Source: a virus
Lineage: Duplodnaviria > Caudoviricetes
IMG/VR virus record: IMGVR_UViG_3300021400_000885
Span: 1-64,000 of that record
DNA length: 64,000 bases
Reading direction: 5' to 3' (one strand)
The notes under the pieces are model-generated. The model saw only the letters and a program-made list of their open reading frames with translations. It made no database searches and was not told the origin of the DNA. Positions 17,714 to 27,524 of this stretch are shown here, in pieces (position 1 is the stretch's first letter; each line of letters begins with the position of its first letter). Made by a program: the position numbers and the translations under genes.

Positions 17714-17787
17714 AGTGGCGAAGCTTAATGAGTATAAGCACCAGTCTTATAAACTGGAGATATTGGGTGCAATTCCCAAGGCCACTA
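17714..17787 (+). tRNA. tRNA-Ile(TAT)
   Basis: Anticodon arm ccagt-ctTATaa-actgg; atypical T-loop (GTGCAAT). Confidence 0.8.
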
Positions 17788-17789
17788 CA

Positions 17790-17873
17790 GGTTACTGTAC
17801 AACATGCTGTAACCCATGAAGTTTTACTTTTTGTACATTAAGTGTACATACTGTTGTGAAATATTATGTACAC
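17790..17873 (+). ncRNA. Candidate antisense RNA with UGUGAA hairpin filling the Ile-Arg spacer
   Basis: aaccCATgaagttttactttttg, then gtgtacata..TGTGAA..tatgtacac hairpin. Confidence 0.55.
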
Positions 17874-17877
17874 ACAC

Positions 17878-17949
17878 TCCTCCATAGTTCAAGGGATAGA
17901 ACAGCAGTCTTCTAAACTGTCAATATGTGTTCGAGTCACATTGGAGGAA
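17878..17949 (+). tRNA. tRNA-Arg(TCT)
   Basis: Cloverleaf; anticodon loop ctTCTaa. Confidence 0.9.
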
Positions 17950-17980
17950 CTAATAATTAACAATTAAAAACATTAACATT

Positions 17981-18349
17981 ATGGCACTTAAAGTAAGTAT
18001 TACCTCAACAAAGTTTACTACAATTGGTAAGAATGTAGTATGTACAATTGCTACAACTATAAAGAATGACAACCCTTTGCCTTCAGAACCAGCTTATCCA
18101 TTCCTCATAAAAGTATTTACAGGTGAGGCTAAATACAATGAAGAAGATAAGTATGATTACAAGAAAGGTAGAGCAATTGCCCTTGCCAAAGCTGAAAGAG
18201 CATCTTACAAATACTGGAAGGAATTTCTTAAGAAATTGATGGATAAATACACAAGAGGGATTGCTCTTTGTACTCCATTGTATGGCAAATGCAGTGAAGT
18301 CATTGCACACAATACATTATTTATTGATGATTTAGTATCAAATAAATAA
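17981..18349 (+). CDS. Conserved phage hypothetical protein
   Basis: GEAKYNEEDKYDYKKGRAIA motif of a type common in phage proteins. Confidence 0.6.
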   Translation: MALKVSITSTKFTTIGKNVVCTIATTIKNDNPLPSEPAYPFLIKVFTGEAKYNEEDKYDYKKGRAIALAKAERASYKYWKEFLKKLMDKYTRGIALCTPLYGKCSEVIAHNTLFIDDLVSNK

Positions 18350-18358
18350 TTAGCTCAT

Positions 18359-18433
18359 CGGGGTGTAGTTCAGTTGGTAGAATGCCTGGTTTGGGACCAG
18401 GAGGTTGCGCATGTTCGAGTCATGTCACCCCGA
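18359..18433 (+). tRNA. tRNA-Pro(TGG)
   Basis: Cloverleaf; cctgg-ttTGGga-ccagg. Confidence 0.92.
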
Positions 18434-18434
18434 C

Positions 18435-18686
18435 ACTTAGTTTTTATCCATAACTAAGTTATAAAAACCTTGTTTCATTCGGACTAATCTTGCTGTGAAG
18501 TAAGAAAAAGTCAAAAGTACTCTTACATTAAACTAATTGTTAGTTGGTAGCTCCATGCGGTTTAAAGACAATGTAAGAGTACTTTTTTATTATGTCATTT
18601 CCACAAGGGAAGAGGATAATCCTCATTAAACTATATTTTCTTGCTTGCGCTATCTAATCTAAGGTTTCAGTTCACCCTCTTCCCTT
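18435..18686 (+). ncRNA. Three tandem candidate antisense RNAs behind tRNA-Pro
   Basis: Unit 1: CAT at 18449 plus TGTGAA hairpin 18482-18512. Unit 2: 17-bp stem 18513-18586 enclosing CAT at 18554. Unit 3: 11-bp stem 18605-18686 enclosing CAT at 18624. Confidence 0.55.
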
Positions 18687-18876
18687 TCTTTTTAATATTC
18701 ATATCTAACGAAATATAAAACACTAATCAAAAAAATTATAAAAATACACTGAAAAGGAAGTAATCATAATCTATAAAAATAGATGCATCCATTTCTTTGC
18801 TGTAAGTGATAAAATTGTACAAAGAGAAAAACGAGCCTTTTAAGGCTAAAAAAGTTAAATTTTAAAAAGTTTTAGT

Positions 18877-19344
18877 ATGGAAACAAAAATAAAAATAGAT
18901 GAATTCGCTAAAAGGGTAAAAATGGAGTTTGAGGGATTCAGGGAAATCTTAAAAAGAAAAGGAATTGACTTTCAACCAACTGAAATGGAGTGGAAAGACT
19001 TTACTGCAAGATTTTTATGGATTACAAAAGACTTTATCGAACTAAAAGATTCCATAAAAATATTAGAGCAAAAAGAGCCCTTTATACAAAAAACAAAAAT
19101 GGAAGAAGTTGAAATAACTGGTGAAGTAAAAATGACTGGCTGGGTAGCAAGAGATGCAAATGGATTACTTCTACTCCATTTCAGGAAACCAGTAAGGGAA
19201 GATGCCCTTCATATATTTACACCATATTGGTATTCAGGAAAATGGGGAGCAATCAAAATAAGAAACAAAAATGCATTCAAAGCCTTACGATGGGAAGACG
19301 AACCTGTAAAAGTAAAGGTAACAATAAGAGCGGAGGAAAAATAA
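18877..19344 (+). CDS. Hypothetical protein
   Basis: C-terminal WVARD...L.WEDEPVKV module of a type seen in Bacteroidales phages. Confidence 0.6.
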   Translation: METKIKIDEFAKRVKMEFEGFREILKRKGIDFQPTEMEWKDFTARFLWITKDFIELKDSIKILEQKEPFIQKTKMEEVEITGEVKMTGWVARDANGLLLLHFRKPVREDALHIFTPYWYSGKWGAIKIRNKNAFKALRWEDEPVKVKVTIRAEEK

Positions 19345-19448
19345 AATACAAACCAAGAAGACAATTTAAGATGAATTGCAACCCTCGAATATTCAGCACA
19401 CATTATTTTTATATAAAATAAAGAGCAATAAAATAAAAAGAATACAAT

Positions 19449-19688
19449 ATGGATAACAAACTAATAATTCTATTAGATAATTGCAAAGATGCAGTTATTA
19501 AAAAGGACATAGTTGCTCTTATAAGTTCTGCTAAATCTCTTGGTTTAGATGGCAATTCAAGGTCTCCATTATTAGAGTTCATCAGAAATCTTATAATAGA
19601 AGATATTAAGAACTTTATAGTTCAAAATAAAAAGGATTCCATTAGAATCAGTAGGAAGAATGCATATCATCAAGATACATTCGACTGA
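19449..19688 (+). CDS. Hypothetical protein
   Basis: ORF with A-rich leader. Confidence 0.5.
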   Translation: MDNKLIILLDNCKDAVIKKDIVALISSAKSLGLDGNSRSPLLEFIRNLIIEDIKNFIVQNKKDSIRISRKNAYHQDTFD

Positions 19689-19825
19689 TACTCTTTAAAG
19701 GATGGAGAGTTATTTAGAAATGGATTTAAAGTAACTTTCGATTCTATCAGTAAACTTTATATAGCATATAAAAGAATACATAATATTGATTAATTAACAA
19801 AATAAAACTATTACAACAAATGTTT

Positions 19826-20309
19826 AAAATATAAACCTCCCTAATTCGGTGAAAGCTAAGTAAATGTGGTGTAAACACTTGGTAAATTCCTCTCAGCTGC
19901 GTACTGGAGTAATCATGGATGAAGCCACATTTATATGTCAATACCGAGCCAATGTTATTAACAAGTATGGGATTTATGTATCCTCCTTATTACTAGTGTA
20001 TAAGCAGAGAAAACTTGTTATAGACAGTGTGTAGAGACGAGATACAGGAGGAACCTAAGTTGAAGTGGGTTATAGATGGAAATGAATTGTCTTTCCTTGT
20101 AACAGCCCAACTCATGAGACTTCAATATGGTTAAGATACAGTCCAGACCACAAATATTATAAAGACCCGAAATAATAGGAACATAAAAGGGATGTTACGG
20201 AATGACTGCAATCCTATTGTGCTGTAGGTCATTTTTAGTCTTTATAATAGTAGTGAAAACTATAGTGGTAAAAGTTGCCTTACTCTAAGGAAACTTAGAG
20301 ATATGGTAA
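19826..20309 (+). ncRNA. Group I intron-like ribozyme core without host gene or homing endonuclease
   Basis: P aattcggtgaaag, Q aataccgagc, R gtagagacga, S aagatacagtcc; P3 cctcc/ggagg, P4 tcggt/accga, P8 and P9 helices. Confidence 0.8.
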
Positions 20310-20356
20310 TAGAATGATTATTTTCATATTTTTAATTACTTTAAAACAGAATAGAT

Positions 20357-22285
20357 ATGACACAAGAAGATAAACAACTATTACTTAAAGACCTTTGTGC
20401 AAGAATTCCATATTACACTTTTGTGCAATTAAATCCCGGTGCTTACAATAAGCCAGAAACATGCATACTGACTGGGGTTCATGGAGAAAAAATTCATTTG
20501 AATGTTGATTCTGACCCTTTCAGAATTGACCATATAAAACCTTATCTCCGTTCAATGTCTTCCATGACTGAAGAAGAGTATATCCACTATTGTGAAACCC
20601 GTGAGTGGAAGTATGTTGATGATGACCACTATGAATATTTTGATACTCTCAAAACCTTTGATTGGCTTCTTGAACATCATTTTGACTATCGTGGCTTAAT
20701 TACTATGGATTTAGCTATTGAAGCAAAAGAAGGAATGTATAAATAATATAGATATTAGTTTTACTTGTTTAAATTTTTAAATTTAGTTAGTTATGGAAAA
20801 AATGTATAAAGTTTATAATATTGATATTTCATTTACGGAGTACAGTGTTGATGATATAATTGTTGGCGCAATAGATGAGGAAGATTTGGTTAAGCATCTT
20901 GAAGAAATTGCGTTGGATAATGACTTTAAAGATATAATTGAAAACATAGAGTTGATGAAATATTCATACGAACATCGTATAATTGAAGTACCTAATTGTT
21001 ACACTGATAAACCATATACTGTTCTTAGTAGAACTTTTTATTATGAATAAGATTTTGGCATAGAATGTACATGGCATAGTTATATAACGGAAAAAGAGAT
21101 ATGATTACAGAAGACTATTGCTCTTTTGAAACAGCAAAACTCTTGAAAGAAAAGGGGTTTGATGTATATGTGCGTTCTTTTTACGAGAAAGATAAATATA
21201 GGACAAAAGAAGAGTTTAGCACAAATAACGCACTGTGGAACTACAATATTTCAAGTTTTCGCTATTCAGCCCCAACTCTTCAAATGGCAATGAAATGGTT
21301 AAGGGAAGTGCAGCATTGTGTAATATGTATAACCCCACTGACATTTTATTGTGGAGAAATAGTTTCAAAATGGGGATATTGTATCTGGGCTGATGATAAT
21401 ACAGAAGTAGATGAAGAAAGTTCTCCAAGACTTGAATCTTACGAAGAAGCTTGTGAGTCTGCAATTAAGTATTGTCTTGAAAATTTAATTTAATATGAAA
21501 TGGTATCAGCTTAAATACAACTACAATGTTGAAGAATGGTGGCGTCATAATGGAATTTTTGACAGAGAACAAGCAAGTGGAATACCATATATGGCAGGTG
21601 ATAACTATCTCCAAAAGACTGATGAATGGTGGGAATCACTTTCAAATGAAGCAAAATTGGAGATTTATAATGAATTTTTTAACGAATGCTAATTTAATTT
21701 AATCATGGATTTGAATAAAATTAAATACAATCTTAAATGGTTTTTCATTAAAACAAATCTTTTCAAGCACCATTTTAATGTAGAAGGATTTGTTTATATG
21801 GATACATTTAGAAATCCTGTACATGATACTACTAAAGAAGTAAAATGGCTTGGAACTGTTGATGTTCATTGTCGTTACAAAGACATGAATAAAAAAGCTA
21901 TTGAAGCATTTGGTAATATGTACCCACGATATAGAGGATATATTAATTTATATTAAAAAGATTAATTATGTTGATAGCGTTAATTTTAACAGTTGGTTGT
22001 ATAGCCCTTCTCTTAATAGGAGCTGTAATTTCTTCTTGGGCAGGAATGGAAATACAAGATGATGGTCCAGATATCAAGAATATAATAATGTTTCTAGTTG
22101 GGACAGGAATACTTACTTTTGCTTGTTTCTGTATATATAAAGCAAGTAATTATTATCACGAAAAAGAAAGTCCTAAAACGGAAATTACCACTTCTGTTCC
22201 AGCTCAAATTGATACTATTATTACTATAAGAAATAGTGTTCCTGATACTGCTTATATCTACAAGTTTAATCTTACTGAAAAATAA
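20357..22285 (+). CDS. Run of six small accessory ORFs (20357-20746, 20793-21050, 21101-21493, 21495-21692, 21705-21956, 21968-22285)
   Basis: Tightly packed co-oriented ORFs; families (LLKDLCARIPY; MITEDYCSFETAKLLKEKGF) typical of Prevotella/Bacteroides phages; the last has 2 TM segments. Confidence 0.65.
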
Positions 22286-22430
22286 GTATGACACAAGCAG
22301 AGAAAGAAAGGCTAAAAGATTTACTTTATCAAGCAAAATTTATTACTGATAAAGAAAATGAAGACCCATTTGTTGGTATATATTTGACAGACCTTATTGA
22401 TTTGTTAGATGATTACAAAAATGAGAAAAT

Positions 22431-24377
22431 ATGACTGATAAAGAAAAAGCAAGAGCCTATGATGAGGCTCTGGAACGAGCAAGGAAAAGAATAATGGTAG
22501 AACCGCAAGACCATACTGATAAAATACTAAAAGACATCTTTCCGCAACTCGCAGAGAGTGAGGATGAGAGGATAAGGAAGTTTCTCATAGACATATTGAG
22601 TCACGGCACTTGGCGAAAAGAATGGCCATTTGGACCAAACGAAGTCGTTGCCTACCTTGAAAAGCAGAAAGATAATCAATATTTCATTGGTTATGCTAAT
22701 GGGTATTCAGATGGACAATTAAATCCAAAGCAGAAAGAGCCTAACTACACCAAGCGTAATGAATTGTTTGATAAATGCGTAGAGAACTGTGACCCGAAGG
22801 TAATGAAAGAAGTATCTGACAATGTTGATAAGATGTTAGAACCTAAAATAGCATTTGGAGACTGGGGAGATAAAGAAAAGAAAGAAGCTATTAGCACTTG
22901 TCTTAAATATATGAGATTTATCAAGAAAATAACAAATCAAGAATATGATGATTTGACTGAATGGCTTAATGATAATCTTGTATCTAATGTATTATTAAAG
23001 AAAAAGCAGAAAGAGCATCAGAAAAAATCTGATGCTCAAGAAAAAGCTCTTGGACGGGATTTGACTTTTCCGCAAGACAAAGATAAGAATTTGGATGAAA
23101 TTGCACAAGACTATGTTGAAAGGGTGAAGGAGTATAATCCAGAGCCTACTTGGAACTTGATGCAAACTGCTGTATGCTATGGTTATCATTGTTGTGAGCA
23201 GAAAGAGCAGAAGCAAGAGTGGAAACCACAGCCAGAGTCTTTGGAAGCATTAATGTATGCAATAGAGGGCAAGTGGGATATGATATTGCCTACAAGTTAT
23301 CTATCTCGCAGACTGGAAGACCTTTATGAGGGGCTGGTTAATACTTTTAATATTGACGAATCGTTTCTGGCTGAATTGCCAAAAGCAGCTTCTCTTGCTT
23401 ACACTGCGGAGGACATAGAGGAACTGAAGGAATTAAAACGTAAAATTGAAGCATCAATGGAGCAGAAGCAAGTACCAATTTCGTGCAGTCACGAAAATGG
23501 TACACCAGCAGAGAGTAAAGCCACAATAAATGGTGAGCCTATTCAAACTGAGAATCAATCTGTAGACATTCCATTAGCGGTGTGGAGTGAAAAATATATT
23601 GCTGATGTCTTTGAAAAGGTTGGTCTTGCTAAGATTGTAAGAGAACAAGGGAATGATGCTCTTACCAATGCCATTCAGTCTGCTATGATTGAATTAAGTA
23701 AGGTAGAAAACACAGAGTGGAACGAGGAAGATAAGACTACAATGAATGACTTAATCTCCCTTCTTTGGATTTTACAAGGTTCTACTAATCTTAGAGAAGG
23801 AACGGCAAGTAAATATACCCATTGGCTTAAATCTCTTCCAGAAAGATTCAATCTCCAACCAAAAATTGAGTGGAATGAGGAAGATGAGAAGCCATCAATA
23901 TTCCCTCCTGGCCTTGGTGAAGTACACTGGAATCCTATTCCGTCCGCAAAGAAGGAATTAATGGAGAAGGCTGCGGAGAAACTATCCAAAGAAGAATATG
24001 TAAAAAAGTTCAAGGCTCTTTGCGAGGCCTACGAGATTAAACTTCCTAATCGTGAATATGATATCTACGGGTTATGTGAGGACTTGCATAAACTTTTTGG
24101 AGATATTCAGAATCCGGTTGAATGGAGCGATGAGGATGAGAATATGAGGAACTTAATAATTGAGACTCTTGATGACAACTCACACTATTTTCCGTTCAAG
24201 GAAACCAAAAAGAAGATGATGGACTGGCTCAAATCCCTCCGTCCTCAATCTCATTGGAAACCCAGCGAGGAACAGATGACTAATTTACTTAGGGCAGAAG
24301 GAAGATTAAGAATAGAAGGAGAGGATGTCCTTGCAAGTAAGTTGGCTGAAATTTACGAACAACTGAAGAAATTGTAA
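22431..24377 (+). CDS. Mosaic repeat protein (W-S/N-E-E-D modules)
   Basis: ESEDERIRK, repeated EKQK linkers, WSEKY/WNEEDK/WNEEDE/WSDEDE, WKPQPE/WKPSEE. Confidence 0.7.
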   Translation: MTDKEKARAYDEALERARKRIMVEPQDHTDKILKDIFPQLAESEDERIRKFLIDILSHGTWRKEWPFGPNEVVAYLEKQKDNQYFIGYANGYSDGQLNPKQKEPNYTKRNELFDKCVENCDPKVMKEVSDNVDKMLEPKIAFGDWGDKEKKEAISTCLKYMRFIKKITNQEYDDLTEWLNDNLVSNVLLKKKQKEHQKKSDAQEKALGRDLTFPQDKDKNLDEIAQDYVERVKEYNPEPTWNLMQTAVCYGYHCCEQKEQKQEWKPQPESLEALMYAIEGKWDMILPTSYLSRRLEDLYEGLVNTFNIDESFLAELPKAASLAYTAEDIEELKELKRKIEASMEQKQVPISCSHENGTPAESKATINGEPIQTENQSVDIPLAVWSEKYIADVFEKVGLAKIVREQGNDALTNAIQSAMIELSKVENTEWNEEDKTTMNDLISLLWILQGSTNLREGTASKYTHWLKSLPERFNLQPKIEWNEEDEKPSIFPPGLGEVHWNPIPSAKKELMEKAAEKLSKEEYVKKFKALCEAYEIKLPNREYDIYGLCEDLHKLFGDIQNPVEWSDEDENMRNLIIETLDDNSHYFPFKETKKKMMDWLKSLRPQSHWKPSEEQMTNLLRAEGRLRIEGEDVLASKLAEIYEQLKKL

Positions 24378-24384
24378 AACCAAT

Positions 24385-24451
24385 AGGGTGTGGAAAGAGG
24401 TTTGGGCAACATCGCAATAGGTTTATTTAACATTACTCAAGTACACACCCT
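24385..24451 (+). ncRNA. Candidate panhandle antisense RNA
   Basis: agggtgtg/cacaccct stem enclosing ggcaaCATcgcaataggtttatttaa, followed by Ts. Confidence 0.45.
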
Positions 24452-24464
24452 TTTATTGATTTAT

Positions 24465-24626
24465 ATGGAAGATTACGAAATTATAGGATGGCCTGAAATC
24501 CAATATTTCATGGACATTGAAGGATTTGATGATAACGCTACACTCATAGAGGAAAACGATGCTATGGGTATTGATAGCAGTACCTATTTAGTCAGTAAAG
24601 ATTGGCTGAAGTCTTTAGAAGAATAA
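24465..24626 (+). CDS. Small hypothetical protein (MEDYEIIGWPEIQ...)
   Basis: Start moved to the ATG downstream of the RNA element. Confidence 0.55.
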   Translation: MEDYEIIGWPEIQYFMDIEGFDDNATLIEENDAMGIDSSTYLVSKDWLKSLEE

Positions 24627-24637
24627 ATAAAATAACG

Positions 24638-24699
24638 GGGTGTAGAAAGTAAGTTACCACCATTCAAGATTAAGTGATAGCCGAACCTACACCCTTTTT
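24638..24699 (+). ncRNA. Candidate panhandle antisense RNA
   Basis: gggtgtag/ctacaccc stem plus T-run, enclosing accacCATtcaagattaagt. Confidence 0.45.
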
Positions 24700-24712
24700 A
24701 AAATTATTTGAT

Positions 24713-25409
24713 ATGAAAATGCCAGATAAAGTATACATAAGAGAATACCCTGATGTAGTTGCTCATTTTTGGGAAGAAAGGAAAAAGGAAGATGTAGTTG
24801 CAACTATTCCTCACGAATATATCCGTAAGGATACCTTGATAGAGTGGCTATTAAAAGGCATTGAAATGTCTGAAATATGTCATTCAGAATATGGTGATGC
24901 TTGCGCTCAAACATATCAAGCAGTAATTGACAAAATTAACTCATTATGACAGCACCAGATAAGATATACCTACCCATCATTGAAGAAGAAGGTAAAAGAC
25001 TTCTTTGTACAAATTGGTGGGAAAATGATGCAAGAAGTACATACGTAAAAGAAACTATTCCATATATCCGTAAAGATGCCATTTTGGAATGGTTGAAAGG
25101 ATACAATCATCCTATTACTCGAATAATTGTTAAAAAAATAATAAACAAAATAAACTCTATGTAAATATGCAAGCACCAGATAAATTATACTTGTCTCCAG
25201 TAATATATGGAACAATTACAAATATATCTCCAAATCCTGATTGTGAAGGAGAAGTTGAGTATGTCAGAAAGGATGCTCTGATAAAATGGGCTTGGGAGCT
25301 TAATGAAACCTACCATAAGGAGTATGAAGAAAGTAATTATACCTGCGGAGAACATTGGGGTCAGATGGTAGCTTTCCAAAAAATTATTGATAAACTAAAT
25401 TCTATGTAG
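24713..25409 (+). CDS. Three tandem paralogous small proteins (24713-24949, 24946-25164, 25167-25409)
   Basis: Shared PDKxY...Y(I/V)RKD..W...KINS/KLNS pattern. Confidence 0.65.
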
Positions 25410-25411
25410 AT

Positions 25412-26750
25412 ATGGCAAAATACATTGACGCAGATATTCTCTGTGAGAGAATCAAGAAGAATCAATATGTAATAGAACCAATGTTTCTTAAAGGAGATGA
25501 TTCTTATTACGAAGGAGAGAATGATGGCTATAATCGCATACTTGATATTATTGATTCTCTCCAGCAAGAGCAAGAAAGTGTCGCTGAAAGATTTGCCAAA
25601 ATAGTTCGTGCAAATCTGTCTGAAATTGGCAAGAATGCACAATCTCAATTTGAACAACTTTATCTTGAAATTACTGGGAATAAAATGTACGGAGGATATA
25701 ATGACTAAAGCAGAAGCATTTGCCATGCAATATGGCTATTATGACAAAGAGAAAAAACATGCTTGCTGCATTGGATATAATGCTGGCTATAAGCAGGCTA
25801 AGAAAGACAATGAGCTTACCATTAAGGACTTGGAATTGCTCCATACATTTCTCTATGCCGTGAAGAATAATAAGCAAGGAGTATTCACTTTTACAAGACT
25901 TTCTGATGAACAGTATAATGAAGTCTTGAGAAGATTCAAGGAGGCGAAAAATGCCAACATATAAGAGATACATAATGCGGGATGGAACTGTATTAAGACT
26001 ATTTACCGCAAAACCGAGAACTTGGGGAATTACCACTTGGAGTGACTATGCTTTGCACCAGTATAAAGCAATCAAACTCTCGAAGGATGAAGTAGAGAAT
26101 TATAAAGACCTTATGAGCCTTCCAGAGTGGCAATTAATTGAAGTTGAAATGAAAATCAAAGTAAAAGTATAAAGGAAATGACTAAAGAATTAGCAAAAAC
26201 GCTTGCCACTGCCCTTGTACAATTTATTGACAAGGAGAGGCCAGAAGGTACAATGGATTGTTCCAGTTATGAATGTGAAAAGATTGAAAAGGCTTTTGAG
26301 GGAGGAATGTATGATGAGGTAGAAAATCTTATCAAAAAGAAACTCACGGGACTAACGGAGTTTGAACAAGAACTTTCTTGGATTATATGTGAATGGGGGA
26401 ATAGTGAGGAAACCAAGATTTCCAACTTTGTCAAGAAGTATGCTCCAAAACTTCTCGCTATTACCAAAAAGGATTTCCTCAAAGTATGGAATGAAAATAT
26501 GAAAGCTGAGTATGAAAGAGGAAAGAGAGATGGGATTACAATAGGCTACAATAAGGCAATGAAGGAGTATAATGAATCAGTAGCTTACCATTTTCCCAAT
26601 ATGCCTGTAAATCCTTATGGATGGGGATGTGATGGTACACATTGCATCAATCCTCATGGTGATTGCATTAACTGCCCCAAAAGATTTACATCTGGCGAAA
26701 CAATCACAACACCAAATACATCTTCAGGAACACTTAAAGCAGAAGGGTAA
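25412..26750 (+). CDS. Four small accessory ORFs (25412-25708, 25701-25964, 25951-26172, 26178-26750)
   Basis: Overlapping start/stop packing; the last has a CDGTHCINPHGDCINCP cysteine cluster. Confidence 0.6.
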
Positions 26751-26751
26751 T

Positions 26752-27519
26752 ATGATTGAAAAAGTAGTAATTAAAGATAATAAGAATTCTCCAATACATT
26801 ATCTATCTGAACTTGAAAATTTCAGTAATGGGAAAGAGTTTATTTTCAAGCCGGGAGTAAACATTATTGTTGGAGAGAATGGGTCTGGAAAAACAACTCT
26901 ATTAAAGCTTATTCAAAGATACCTTTTAGTAGATAAAGAGGAATGCAGTATAGGTATTTATAATAGTGTAGTAAATGCCTTAGTAGGACTTAAACAAAAA
27001 GTTCCTGAAGGAGTAGATGTTTATGCTGACTATGATAAAAACATATTCAAACTTTGTCATGCATCTGAGAAAGAAAATGATGATGCAATGTCATCATTTG
27101 ATGCATTTGGAGAATTCTTTACACAAAAACATGCCTCTACTGGAGAAGGAGTATCAGTTGCTCTTCACTCTTTATTTAATAGAATGTTCAGTCCAAATGC
27201 AAAATTGAAATTTGATTATGACAAAGTAGGTAAAAAGGTAAAATCCTATGGAGAATACATCGAAAAGCATAGAACAACTGAACATGATGAATGGACTGTC
27301 TTAATGGATGAGCCTGACAGAAATCTCAGTATTGACAACATTAAACAAATTAAGGGGATTCTCTCTTTTCATAAACCTCAGACACAGATAATTGCAGTTA
27401 TTCATAATCCTTTAATTATTTATGCTTTAGCAGATAATAAAGAGATAAACTTTATTGAAATGACTCCAAACTATGTTCATAAAGTAAAACAGACAATTAA
27501 CGAAATAATGCATAGTTAA
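26752..27519 (+). CDS. ABC/AAA-type ATPase
   Basis: GENGSGKT Walker A, STGE signature, LMDEPD Walker B, H-loop. Confidence 0.8.
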   Translation: MIEKVVIKDNKNSPIHYLSELENFSNGKEFIFKPGVNIIVGENGSGKTTLLKLIQRYLLVDKEECSIGIYNSVVNALVGLKQKVPEGVDVYADYDKNIFKLCHASEKENDDAMSSFDAFGEFFTQKHASTGEGVSVALHSLFNRMFSPNAKLKFDYDKVGKKVKSYGEYIEKHRTTEHDEWTVLMDEPDRNLSIDNIKQIKGILSFHKPQTQIIAVIHNPLIIYALADNKEINFIEMTPNYVHKVKQTINEIMHS

Positions 27520-27524
27520 AGAAA

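Noticed and set aside
16830-18686. CRISPR-like array or tRNA-associated theta (HDV-like) ribozymes
   Set aside because: Units are inverted-repeat stems with different sequences, not direct repeats; no cas genes; I could not build an HDV-like nested double pseudoknot 3' of any tRNA by eye (a motif search would settle it)
19449-19793. In-frame TGA at 19686 followed by 34 open codons, hinting at stop-codon reassignment as in some crAss-like phages
   Set aside because: All long genes are intact in code 11, TGA ends several genes through ATGA overlaps, and no suppressor tRNA is seen; chance or a single nonsense mutation is enough to explain it
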